This document shows positions 24,525 to 32,852 of a stretch of DNA of 52,080 nt, in pieces. Under the pieces are notes generated by a model that did not search any database, was not told where the DNA came from, and saw only the letters and a list, made by a program, of their open reading frames with translations. The position numbers were made by a program, and so were the translations under genes. Source of the stretch: an uncultured Desulfobulbia bacterium. Lineage in GTDB: Bacteria; Desulfobacterota; Desulfobulbia; Desulfobulbales; SURF-16. The stretch lies in NCBI GenBank assembly GCA_964624225.1, contig CAZUZJ010000001.1, forward strand, positions 1 to 52,080, read 5' to 3'. Position 1 is the stretch's first letter, and each line of letters begins with the position of its first letter.

Positions 24525-24563
24525 TGTGGCAAAAAAACCACACTTTGTGGTAAAAAAACCACA
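24525..24563. promoter_or_regulatory. Two tandem 18-bp A-tract palindromes, TGTGG(C/T)AAAAAAACCACA
   Basis: Copies at 24525-24542 and 24546-24563, exactly 21 bp apart. Confidence 0.5.
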
Positions 24564-24577
24564 CCAGGTTTTGGCTA

Positions 24578-24590
24578 TGTAAATTCTACA
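24578..24590. promoter_or_regulatory. TGTAA-N3-TTACA-type palindrome (1 mismatch)
   Basis: tgtaaattctaca, 15 bp after the A-tract palindromes. Confidence 0.45.
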
Positions 24591-24771
24591 CGCTGGCTAG
24601 TCGGGCCGCTTGCTGATGGCTTTTAGCCACGGTGACTAGCCCAGCGGTTCACGGAGGCCGCGTAAACACTGGCTGCCGAGCGATAGGCGAAGAAACGGCG
24701 TAGTTAACATAATATATATTCTCATACCTAGGTTTTTTGGAGCGTTGATTCTAAAGCACTTACAAGCGCAG

Positions 24772-24784
24772 TGTAATTATTACA
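24772..24784. promoter_or_regulatory. TGTAA-N3-TTACA palindrome (exact; extended GTGTAATTATTACAC)
   Basis: A perfect 15-bp palindrome at 24771-24785, just after an AT-rich stretch (24705-24745). Confidence 0.5.
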
Positions 24785-24962
24785 CGGTCGATAGTGAATG
24801 CCGACTACGGCGTGACGGCAAGCCAGATGGAGCTAGCAAAACACCCCCCGGCACGACCACCCCCCACCCCCTCGGAGGGGTACCCGATTTTATTATCCAG
24901 CCCCTTCAGCGAAATTTTAGGGATGCAGGGAAGTTGATTTTTGGGCGATTTGGTGTAGGATT

Positions 24963-25268
24963 TTGGGTATGGGACGGGGACGGGTACTAACCGGCGACCG
25001 GACGAGGGTATTGACGCGATTCTGCGAGCGCTGTGGAAAGCCTTACCGCCGGCCAAGTTCGCTCCAGAATCCCCGAAACCGGTACTGTTCGCCACAGTGC
25101 TACTGGGACGAAATTTTTTCCCCTCGCCCGCTCGACCCTCCCCCTGACTGGCGCGACAGCCGACTGGAGGACACGGTAGGCAGCCTAGCGGAGTATCTTG
25201 GAATTCACCCGGTGAAGCACCATGAAGATAGCCAAGCCACCGAAAATAGGGATGCGCATGACGCCTGA
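24963..25268 (+). CDS. Possible zinc-ribbon/HTH protein at the head of the packaging operon
   Basis: FCERCGKPY...YCSPQCYW are Cys pairs. SLAEYLGIHPV is HTH-like. No obvious RBS. Overlaps the next ORF by 47 nt. Confidence 0.4.
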   Translation: MGMGRGRVLTGDRTRVLTRFCERCGKPYRRPSSLQNPRNRYCSPQCYWDEIFSPRPLDPPPDWRDSRLEDTVGSLAEYLGIHPVKHHEDSQATENRDAHDA

Positions 25269-25878
25269 CGGCGAGAATATCGTCGCCGAGGACAAGCAGT
25301 ATTCGCCGATTCCCGACGGGAGAAAGATCGTTCCGCGTGAAACTCCAATCTCCCGGCCCTCAAAAGCCAGGAGGAACAGAGACGCACAGGCAACCCGGAC
25401 TGGCGAAGACCTCTCGCGCGTTGCCGACGAAGTTCTTGCCGCGACGAACAGTCCCCCCGCGAAAAAGGCGGTCCGGCCTGAGCGCGCTGTAAAGCAAGCG
25501 CTTGAGCGTCATGGCGTGACTCTGGACGCGATGGCCGCGAAGCTGGCTGAGGGTCTTGAGGCCGTGCACTGCTGGAGGCAGATCAATCGCAGGACTGGCG
25601 ATGTGGCGACCGAGATCGAGCCGGACTATATCGCTCGCCACAAGTATGTCGAGACAGCGGCAAAATTGCTCCGCGCAATACCCACCGAGCACGAGTCGAG
25701 GCAGGAAGCCTCTATCCTCATTTTGAACCTTCCGACGCAGGCTCCCTCAGTACAGGACTGGAACAAGTCGGTGGGAGCGGTTTCCGTGCGTGTGTCCCAA
25801 AGGGGCGCTCGCGCCGCCAGACATGAACGCGAGGAACTTTCAGATGTCAGCGACTCCTACGGCGCGGCCTCCGATTGA
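25222..25878 (+). CDS. Putative small terminase subunit
   Basis: Called from position immediately upstream of, and overlapping, the large terminase gene, and from its helical, basic composition. No diagnostic motif. Confidence 0.45.
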   Translation: MKIAKPPKIGMRMTPDGENIVAEDKQYSPIPDGRKIVPRETPISRPSKARRNRDAQATRTGEDLSRVADEVLAATNSPPAKKAVRPERAVKQALERHGVTLDAMAAKLAEGLEAVHCWRQINRRTGDVATEIEPDYIARHKYVETAAKLLRAIPTEHESRQEASILILNLPTQAPSVQDWNKSVGAVSVRVSQRGARAARHEREELSDVSDSYGAASD

Positions 25879-27466
25879 CCTCCAATCCTACCGCCGGATC
25901 ACCGAGTGGAGGCCCAACCCCGGCCCGCAAACCGCGCTGTTTCAGTGTCCTGCCGAGATTATCTTATATGGCGGGGCTAGGGGCGGCGGAAAGACGACTG
26001 GGCTAGTCATGATGATGCTACGGGACTGGAAAGTCGACGGATACAGGGCGCTTATCATCCGCCGAAACTACACGGAACTTGAGCGAAATATCATCCCCGT
26101 CGTCAAAAAGCTGCTCTACGGCATCGGAAAATACAACGAGAAAACGCACCGCTTCACGCTACGGACGCCGGACGGCGGGGAGTCATCTTTGGAGTTTGGC
26201 TACTTGGAGTCGCCATCCGATCTGGAAGCTTATCAGGGCTCTGAATACGCCAGAATAGGGTTTGACGAGAGCACGTCTTTTACCGAGCAGGAAATACGGA
26301 CGATGTATGCGTGCCTGCGCTCCACTGCCCCCGGCGTCCTGCGTCAACTCATCCTGACGTGCAACCCCATTGGCAAGGGATTTGCCTGGCACAAAAAGAT
26401 GTTCGTGGATGGCCGCGAGAGGTTCAAGATTTACGAAGACGCCCGCTGGCCGTCGGACGAGAAACCCGTGGGGGCATCGACATGCTTCATCCCAGCCCGC
26501 GTTTGGGACAATCCCGCCCTGCTCGAAAGGGAACCGAGCTATCCCGACCGGCTGCGTTCGCAGTACGGCCCCATCACCGAGGCCCTGCTTGAGGGCTCAT
26601 GGGACCGACACCTGTATCTTGCCTTCGATTTCAACGAGTCGTTGCATGTCGTTGACCCTATTGAAATTCCGGACTCAGCCCGTCGGTGGATGGCAATCGA
26701 CTGGGGCGTTGGAACGTCCAAGGCGGCAACTGTCTGGCTGGCAGAGTGGCAGGGCCGCGTCTACGCCTACCGCGCCTTTGCCAGACCGGGGCAGGAAATC
26801 GTGTCCTACGTCGCCGAGGTTTGCGGGATGTGCGCTGGAGAAAAGATTGAGTACTGCGTTCTCTCTCATGAGTGCTTTGCGCAGCGCGGGCACGGCCCAG
26901 GGAACACCCAGGCCGATCTTTTCAAAGCTGTCCTTGAGCGCTCCAACATTCCTCTCATCCCGTCAGATCGTGATCCCGCTGGCGGCCTGATGCTGATCCG
27001 CGAGTATCTTCGCACCGAGCCTGTGAACAATGCCGAGATCACAAGGGAATACTCCTACTGGCTCGAACAGATTCGGGTGCGTGGCGCAGAGGCCATAAGG
27101 GAGCTGGGGTCGCTGGAAAAGCTAGCTCGCTCGCAAGTCCTTCCGAAGCTGAAGATTTTCTCCGGCGCCTGCAAAGACCTGATCCGCGACCTGAGCCTTG
27201 TCGTCGTGGACAAGGAGCGCGGAAACGTGCTCGCCAGAGGGCAGGAGACCGATCTTATTGATGCACTGAGATACGGCCTGAAGTCACACACAATGCGCGG
27301 CGGCCTCAGTGCGGCTGAGATTTATCCTGCTGTGCTCGGCTGGCAGCAGCCCGATACCGGAATGCAGGCGGAGCAGGCATGGGAAGTGGCGCGAAAGATC
27401 AGCGGAGCAAAGGAGACCGCCGAGCCTTTCCCGTGGCCGACGGAGCACCATAACACGTTCTCGTAG
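25844..27466 (+). CDS. terL: Large terminase subunit (ATPase plus nuclease)
   Basis: The Walker A motif is LYGGARGGGKTTG and the Walker B-like motif is RIGFDEST. The C-terminal nuclease-type region includes MAIDWG. The start is uncertain (25790, 25823 or 25844). Confidence 0.85.
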   Translation: MSATPTARPPIDLQSYRRITEWRPNPGPQTALFQCPAEIILYGGARGGGKTTGLVMMMLRDWKVDGYRALIIRRNYTELERNIIPVVKKLLYGIGKYNEKTHRFTLRTPDGGESSLEFGYLESPSDLEAYQGSEYARIGFDESTSFTEQEIRTMYACLRSTAPGVLRQLILTCNPIGKGFAWHKKMFVDGRERFKIYEDARWPSDEKPVGASTCFIPARVWDNPALLEREPSYPDRLRSQYGPITEALLEGSWDRHLYLAFDFNESLHVVDPIEIPDSARRWMAIDWGVGTSKAATVWLAEWQGRVYAYRAFARPGQEIVSYVAEVCGMCAGEKIEYCVLSHECFAQRGHGPGNTQADLFKAVLERSNIPLIPSDRDPAGGLMLIREYLRTEPVNNAEITREYSYWLEQIRVRGAEAIRELGSLEKLARSQVLPKLKIFSGACKDLIRDLSLVVVDKERGNVLARGQETDLIDALRYGLKSHTMRGGLSAAEIYPAVLGWQQPDTGMQAEQAWEVARKISGAKETAEPFPWPTEHHNTFS

Positions 27467-27488
27467 GTGGCGACTGACAAAATATTTC

Positions 27489-27539
27489 TTGACACGGCAT
27501 CGCCACCCATTACAATAATCGCAGCGTGTAAATTTTACA
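27489..27539 (+). promoter_or_regulatory. Near-consensus sigma70 promoter followed by an exact TGTAAATTTTACA palindrome
   Basis: TTGACA (27489-27494)-16 nt-TACAAT (27511-27516). The palindrome at 27527-27539 sits at about +4 to +16, with GGAGG at 27541 and ATG at 27553. Confidence 0.5.
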
Positions 27540-27552
27540 CGGAGGCCATGAC

Positions 27553-27894
27553 ATGCCGGCGGCGAACGGATTGGCACAGGGAGTAGCTAACACGATTCTT
27601 TCCAGCGCTACAGCCACCGGCCCAGGTCAGGCTTGGGCTGTCCCCCTGCGCGCAGCCGGCCAATTCGGCAGATACACATGGCAGGTCATTCCAACCGGGA
27701 CGTTCACGGCCCTCACGGTCACGCTTGAAGGCTCGCTGGACGGGGCAACGTGGTTCACACTTGATACGATAAACAGCGTGACTGGAGGCGCAGCGTCCGT
27801 TTCCGCCGCTCCGGTTAATTTCCTTCGAGCCAACGTGACGACCTTTACCGGCGGCACGAATGTAAGCGCGATGTTAACGCTGGGGGCTGCATGA
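27553..27894 (+). CDS. Hypothetical virion-module protein (113 aa, beta-rich)
   Basis: GGAGG RBS. Stop/start overlap with the next gene. Confidence 0.7.
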   Translation: MPAANGLAQGVANTILSSATATGPGQAWAVPLRAAGQFGRYTWQVIPTGTFTALTVTLEGSLDGATWFTLDTINSVTGGAASVSAAPVNFLRANVTTFTGGTNVSAMLTLGAA

Positions 27895-28115
27895 GGACTG
27901 AGCTTGACAGCAAGGGCCTGTCCGCCTGCGAGTATGAGCCGGGCGCAGACGGCCTCACCATTGAGTTCAGGGACGGCAGTGTGCACCACTATCCAGACGT
28001 TCCGGCGAGCAACGTCGCGCTCTTTATAGCGAGCGACAGCAAGGGAAAAAGCTTCAACAAGCACATTCGGGGGAAGTTCCCGTACCAGAAGATCAGAGGT
28101 GCCTATGGCGGCTAA
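27891..28115 (+). CDS. KTSC-domain protein
   Basis: LTIEFRDGSVHHYPDVPASNVALFIASDSKGKSFNKHIRGKFPY fits the KTSC domain pattern. Confidence 0.7.
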   Translation: MRTELDSKGLSACEYEPGADGLTIEFRDGSVHHYPDVPASNVALFIASDSKGKSFNKHIRGKFPYQKIRGAYGG

Positions 28116-28404
28116 GACGAAGCGAGTAGATGGCGAAGACCTTCCGCCTTCAGCGTTTCTCTACGTCGGCGACCCCGAGCGCACGGAAACATGGCATCTT
28201 CCGGTTAAGTTCGAGTCGGCGGAAAAAACTGAGTCGCATATCCGAAATGCACTAGCGCGTTACAACCAGACCGAGGGCATCCCCGCGAAGAAGAAGGAGT
28301 CCATCCGCAAGAAGCTGGTCGCTCTCGCCAAAGCGCACGGGATCGACGCCAGCGGTTTTAAGGCGAAGCACCACATGATAGGCGGATCGATGGGGAGGGT
28401 GTAA
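28099..28404 (+). CDS. Hypothetical protein (101 aa)
   Basis: ORF with an AGAGG RBS. Confidence 0.65.
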   Translation: MPMAAKTKRVDGEDLPPSAFLYVGDPERTETWHLPVKFESAEKTESHIRNALARYNQTEGIPAKKKESIRKKLVALAKAHGIDASGFKAKHHMIGGSMGRV

Positions 28405-28405
28405 A

Positions 28406-28591
28406 ATTCCTAATTTTCTTGAGCGCATTCTGCAGAAAGAGGCCGACAAAAAGGGCCTCACCGGGAAGCGGAAAGACCGCTACGTGTACGGGCTGATGAA
28501 CCGAAGGGGTTACATGCACGGCAACAAAATCACACCGCTCGGGAAGGAAATTGAGCGCAAGCATCGCAGAAAATTGAGGTTTTCGAAGTGA
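28406..28591 (+). CDS. Hypothetical basic protein with an apparent ATT (AUU) start
   Basis: A protein-like frame, (I/M)PNFLERILQKEADKKGLTGKRKDRYVYGLMNRRGYMHGNKITPLGKEIERKHRRKLRFSK*. There is no ATG/GTG/TTG before codon 25. GGAGG at 28394-28398 lies 7 nt before ATT at 28406. Confidence 0.45.
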   Translation: MPNFLERILQKEADKKGLTGKRKDRYVYGLMNRRGYMHGNKITPLGKEIERKHRRKLRFSK

Positions 28592-28770
28592 GGGTAGTTC
28601 TATTATGGCATAATGGACGACGCGAAGAGAGGCTTATCGGGGAGCTGAGTGTCCGTCCCCGCATTCGGGTTCCAGTAGAGCCTTCTCTTCCGGCCTTCGA
28701 TGTCGCCGAGTTTGAACTGCTCGATTGGTCCAAGAACTCGCCACCACCTATGTACAAGGAAGTGCGCTAG
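28588..28770 (+). CDS. Hypothetical protein (60 aa, GTG start)
   Basis: GTGA overlap with the stop of the preceding ORF. Confidence 0.45.
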   Translation: MRVVLLWHNGRREERLIGELSVRPRIRVPVEPSLPAFDVAEFELLDWSKNSPPPMYKEVR

Positions 28771-28773
28771 GCC

Positions 28774-28980
28774 ATGAAACCGAACTTCAGCCCGAGCTTA
28801 TACCATTCCGTAATCTCAGGGGTCGGAGGCAAGAAGAAACGTGCGGCAATCCACCTCAGCGCCCCTGGGCATAAACGGATCAAAAAACTCTCCGCCAAGA
28901 TTAAGATTTCATTTTTGAGGCCAGGAGAGAAAGCTTTACCCGGAAGGAAAAATCGCAGGATCAGTTTCAAAGGAGAATAA
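28774..28980 (+). CDS. Doubtful very basic 68-aa ORF
   Basis: ATG 3 nt after the upstream stop, no RBS, atypical composition. Confidence 0.25.
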   Translation: MKPNFSPSLYHSVISGVGGKKKRAAIHLSAPGHKRIKKLSAKIKISFLRPGEKALPGRKNRRISFKGE

Positions 28981-28981
28981 G

Positions 28982-29155
28982 ATGGCGACAAAAGGAAATT
29001 CAAAGGTATCCCCCGCCGGTGTCGGAGGGATGTCAATTCCGCGCGGCCCGAATGGTGAATGCGGCTCGGTCCCGAGCAGCGTTCCGATGAAGGGAGCGAC
29101 GATCAGCAAGCCCTCCAAGGGCAAAGGATACGTTACCAGCCAGAAGTTTAAGTGA
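28982..29155 (+). CDS. Hypothetical 57-aa protein
   Basis: Hand-translated as MATKGNSKVSPAGVGGMSIPRGPNGECGSVPSSVPMKGATISKPSKGKGYVTSQKFK. AAAGGAGAA RBS. Confidence 0.5.
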   Translation: MATKGNSKVSPAGVGGMSIPRGPNGECGSVPSSVPMKGATISKPSKGKGYVTSQKFK

Positions 29156-29163
29156 CGTGAACA

Positions 29164-29538
29164 ATGAATTTCTCCGCGCTGATGGACGGGCTTTTCCCCA
29201 CGCGGCGGCTTATTCGGCATCTTGAGGCGGAGATCGAGTTGCTGCGGCGGGACAACCGCGCCCTGATTGACCGAATAGTGCTCGTTACGACCGGAATCGG
29301 CGCAGACGGCAAGATCGTTGGTTCCAGCGCGCAGCGAGTTCAGGCCCCCGTCCAGGAGCCGAAGCTGGACTTCGAGGAAGCTGGCTCGCCTTACAAATGG
29401 CTTGAAGATCAGGAGCGGAGAACGTTGGAAGATTTATCCCGCCAGGAATCCGAGATGCGCGGCTTCTCGCCGGAGCCTCCGCCCCCACCTAGCGGGGCTA
29501 TCGGTGACGGGCCGGGAATTCCGCTGCCAGGGCGATGA
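29164..29538 (+). CDS. Hypothetical coiled-coil protein (124 aa)
   Basis: ORF preceding the portal-position gene. Confidence 0.65.
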   Translation: MNFSALMDGLFPTRRLIRHLEAEIELLRRDNRALIDRIVLVTTGIGADGKIVGSSAQRVQAPVQEPKLDFEEAGSPYKWLEDQERRTLEDLSRQESEMRGFSPEPPPPPSGAIGDGPGIPLPGR

Positions 29539-29545
29539 CTAGTAA

Positions 29546-32203
29546 ATGGGCACTCTTCCGCAAGGCACCACGCTTCGCGCTTTTAACCGCTCGGCGCTCG
29601 TCGAGGCCGACCGCAAGAGGCTTGACGACTCCGAACTGGTTCCGGGGCTGACCGCCGACCTCGAATCCAAGCTTGTAACCATTTGCCAGCGTCAGGAGGA
29701 TGAGAACTACGTCACCTGGCGCTTTCTTTTCAGAATCTTCCTTGAAGCGCAGATGTTCTGGAAGGACCAGCAATATGGCTACTACGATTACCGCAGCGAC
29801 ACCTACCGCACGCTTTCTTCGGGCGGCGGCGTAAGTACACAAACCGGCACAAAGGGCAACTCCAACCTCAGCTTTCAGTACGTTACCAACATCTACAGGG
29901 CGTTCGGGTGGACGGTCGTCTCGGTCTTGGGACAGAAGCGCCCCACCGTCGTATTCCTTCCGAATGACTACACGAATGAGGATGACGTGGTAGCGGCGCG
30001 CGCCGCCGATGACGTGGTGCCGCTTCTGGAGCGCCAAAACGATCTCACTCTCCAGCATATGAAGGCCTGCTTATGGCTCTATACCGATGGCATATGCGGC
30101 TCCTATACGCGCTACATCATCGATGGGGAGACCTTTGGCTATAACAAGAAGAAGGTGGTGCGCCTCGTTCCGAAAGGCGCCGGAGCAAGCTACCTCTGCC
30201 CGAACTGCGGCATCCCGACACCAGTTCCACAGCCGCGGGGGACAGAGCCACAAGTCCAGCGCGATTACGGTACCCCGCTCCAGCCATCGGGCACACCCTC
30301 TCAAATCGAGAAGTACGGCCTGAGCGCGCCCATCAATCAACTTCCGCGCGTCGAGGGGGCGACAGAGTTTAACGGAAAGTTCCCGATGTATGGGCAGACC
30401 GAGCGACGCACTGGGACCGCCTCGGCGTCTTTGTCGTCTCCAGACAGGGCCGATCTGGAGAGGACAGGGGCAACCCTCTGCCAGAATTGCGGAACACCGC
30501 TCGGGCCGGAGGATATCTCTGAAGGCGACGAGCTTTCACTTGAAGTTGTCGGGGTAAGGAGGATTCCCCGCGGGCAGGTGGTGATCACGGTGCACAGCGG
30601 GCTCGAAACGAGGTTTCCGCCCTATGTTCAGGAGCAGCGCGATTTCCCGTTCATCAGTATGCAGCACGAGGCCCACGTCAGCGCGCTGAGGGCGACCTAC
30701 GGAGAGCGGGCAAAGAATGTGATGGGAGGGACCGCCGGTCCATACGATACTTGGGACAGATTCGCCAGATTGATGCTTACCGAGCCGCACGGCGGGAGTT
30801 ACTACTCCCTCGCCAACCAGAACCTCGTCACCCTCAAGGAATACTGGCTTCGTCCCTCCATGTTTTACGTGCTCGAAGAGGAAGATAGGAACAAGCTTCT
30901 GGAGATTTTCCCCACGGGGGCTTACGTCGCCTACGAAGGCGTTGGAATGCGGGTCTTGGACGCCAGAAAAGAATCGATGGACGACCATTGGGCAGTCTGC
31001 CGGGCGCTGGAGGGCCCCGGCTGCTACACGCCTTCAATCGGCTCGTCGTGCATTTCGATTCAGAAACGCTACAACACGCTGCATAACTTCATCATGGAGT
31101 GGGTTGAGTACGCAGCCGCCGGCCAAGGCACGTTTGTCAACGCCGGCCTGGTTTCCGTAGACGCCCTGCGGAGGCAGCGCCGCGCTCCCGGCATGATTTA
31201 CCCGATCTATCTGCCGCCTACGACCCCGATTGGCAACGCAATCTATGACTCGCGGCCAGGGGTTATCGCCAACGAGGTGTTTACATATGGACAGCAGCTC
31301 GTTCAGCTCGGCCAGCTCGTAACTGGCGCGGTTCCAACAGTTAGCGGGGGGACAGATAAGAGCCTTAAGCCCACAACCTATCTCACCGACAGGGAGCAAG
31401 CTCTTGGCAGGCTCTATGTTCCATGGCAGCATCTGAGGAATTTCTGGGCGAGGACGATGCTCCTGGCAGTTAAGGAATTCGCCAGGTGCGAGGGCGGAGA
31501 TTTCAACTACACTATGCAGGCCAGCGATGGATCGACCATCAACAAGACCGTCCACCTGGACCAGCTGAAGGGGAACTTCGATGCATATCCCGAAGTCAAC
31601 GAGGACTTCCCGAGGCTCCTGCATCAGCAGCAAGCCCTGTTCCTGTCGATGGTGAATTCGCCGGACTCGACGATCAAGCAGCTTCTCTCCGATCCAAGGA
31701 ACCTGCCCTACGTCAAGACGCTGTTCGGCTGGCCGTCGATCTATGTCCCCGGCGAAGACGACATCATGAAGCAAAAGCGGGAAATCTCCCGCCTTATCGT
31801 AGAGAGGCCCATCCAGCAGCTATCACCGTCCGGGCAAGTCATTTTCCTGCCTTCCATCATGCCGGATGTCTACGCTGATAATCATCCGTTGCATAGCGCC
31901 ATTGTGAAGGCTTGGGCTGTCTCTTCCGAGGGCATTCGGATAAAGGACGAAGACCCGCTCGGCTACGCCAACGCAGTGGCTCATGGCCGGATGCACGATC
32001 AGATTGCTTCCCAGCAGCAGCAGCAGGCGCAGCAGGCGATGATGCAGCAGGAGATGCAGAAAGAGTCCACCAAGATCGGGGCGGCCCAGGTTGCCACGAA
32101 GCGGGTTACGCAGCAGATCAAGCAGGCGGAGGCCCAGCAGCAGGCGCAGCAACTTCAGGCAGCGGAGGCGCAAGCCAGCCAGCCGCCACAGACCGTAGGA
32201 TAG
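29546..32203 (+). CDS. Putative portal protein (885 aa) with a Cys4 insertion and a Gln-rich helical C-terminus
   Basis: Called from gene order (terminase ... this gene ... scaffold, capsid) and size. CPNCG (near nt 30198) and CQNCG (near nt 30480) are the Cys pairs. The C-terminus reads QQQQQAQQAMMQQEMQ... Confidence 0.55.
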   Translation: MGTLPQGTTLRAFNRSALVEADRKRLDDSELVPGLTADLESKLVTICQRQEDENYVTWRFLFRIFLEAQMFWKDQQYGYYDYRSDTYRTLSSGGGVSTQTGTKGNSNLSFQYVTNIYRAFGWTVVSVLGQKRPTVVFLPNDYTNEDDVVAARAADDVVPLLERQNDLTLQHMKACLWLYTDGICGSYTRYIIDGETFGYNKKKVVRLVPKGAGASYLCPNCGIPTPVPQPRGTEPQVQRDYGTPLQPSGTPSQIEKYGLSAPINQLPRVEGATEFNGKFPMYGQTERRTGTASASLSSPDRADLERTGATLCQNCGTPLGPEDISEGDELSLEVVGVRRIPRGQVVITVHSGLETRFPPYVQEQRDFPFISMQHEAHVSALRATYGERAKNVMGGTAGPYDTWDRFARLMLTEPHGGSYYSLANQNLVTLKEYWLRPSMFYVLEEEDRNKLLEIFPTGAYVAYEGVGMRVLDARKESMDDHWAVCRALEGPGCYTPSIGSSCISIQKRYNTLHNFIMEWVEYAAAGQGTFVNAGLVSVDALRRQRRAPGMIYPIYLPPTTPIGNAIYDSRPGVIANEVFTYGQQLVQLGQLVTGAVPTVSGGTDKSLKPTTYLTDREQALGRLYVPWQHLRNFWARTMLLAVKEFARCEGGDFNYTMQASDGSTINKTVHLDQLKGNFDAYPEVNEDFPRLLHQQQALFLSMVNSPDSTIKQLLSDPRNLPYVKTLFGWPSIYVPGEDDIMKQKREISRLIVERPIQQLSPSGQVIFLPSIMPDVYADNHPLHSAIVKAWAVSSEGIRIKDEDPLGYANAVAHGRMHDQIASQQQQQAQQAMMQQEMQKESTKIGAAQVATKRVTQQIKQAEAQQQAQQLQAAEAQASQPPQTVG

Positions 32204-32209
32204 ACAGGC

Positions 32210-32746
32210 ATGATCGTCACGGGAACATTTCTGGACGCCGCAGGAAACCCGCAATCCGGGATCGAGGTGTCATTTTTGCTGGACGGCTACGATGGAGACT
32301 ACCCAAGGCTCCAAGGGACTTCGATGCTCGTTCCCCTTCGGGTCGTCGCAACGACCGATGTCAACGGCAAGATATCCGCAACAGTCGATGGCAACGACAC
32401 AATAACCCCGACTGGCACCTACTACAGAGTTGGCATTGCGCCCAACGCTGAGCTTTTCCTTGAGAGAGAATACGTCCTGTCGGGGTCAACAGTTGATTTG
32501 AGCACGCTCACACCTGCGGAGGCTGTGGCGTCGCCGACACCAGTGGCTTCCGTCAAGGTTGCCCTAGCTCCGACGGCAGCCGGAAATTTCACTGTCGCTC
32601 ACGGGCTTGGGCGCGTTCCGACCACGGTGATTTTCCAGATGACCAGCGGCATTTCCGTCTGGTTGCAAACGCCAACTTCATTCGACGCAACCAATCTGTA
32701 CCTGGTCGCATCCGACGCTGGAACTGGCTACGCCCTTGTATGGTAG
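32210..32746 (+). CDS. Hypothetical structural beta-sandwich protein
   Basis: 178-aa ORF. TGTFLDAAGNPQSGIEVSF...TDVNGKISA is a pattern common in phage fibre and decoration domains. Confidence 0.6.
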   Translation: MIVTGTFLDAAGNPQSGIEVSFLLDGYDGDYPRLQGTSMLVPLRVVATTDVNGKISATVDGNDTITPTGTYYRVGIAPNAELFLEREYVLSGSTVDLSTLTPAEAVASPTPVASVKVALAPTAAGNFTVAHGLGRVPTTVIFQMTSGISVWLQTPTSFDATNLYLVASDAGTGYALVW

Positions 32747-32797
32747 CCAACGGAAAATTACCCTTGACAACTGGAAAAATTGGGGCCAATCTTTCTA

Positions 32798-32824
32798 TGT
32801 AAAAATTACATGGTAATTTTTGCC
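32798..32824. promoter_or_regulatory. Exact TGTAAAAATTACA palindrome plus an adjacent degenerate copy
   Basis: tgtaaaaattaca at 32798-32810 and ggtaatttttgcc at 32812-32824. TTGACA at 32764-32769 lies upstream. Confidence 0.5.
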
Positions 32825-32852
32825 ATGTGATGTTTGCCCTCTTGGAGGATTG

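Noticed and set aside
23884-24626. ORFs 23884-24195 (minus), 24008-24298, 24303-24626 and 24322-24582 in the control region.
   Set aside because: They have no Shine-Dalgarno sequence, Arg/Gly/Pro-heavy implausible translations and mutual overlaps. The region is better explained as regulatory or non-coding.
23854-24784. A CRISPR-like array suggested by the recurring palindromes.
   Set aside because: The repeats are only 13-18 bp, irregularly spaced and dyad-symmetric, and there is no repeat-spacer periodicity. They are operator-type sites rather than CRISPR repeats.
24867-24896. A possible rho-independent terminator (CCCCTCGGAGGGG followed by a T-rich tract). A similar weak ATGCggctGCAT-TTTTTT hairpin lies at 10616-10633.
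   Set aside because: The stems are only 4-5 bp once a viable loop is allowed, and the T tracts are interrupted. This is too weak to call.
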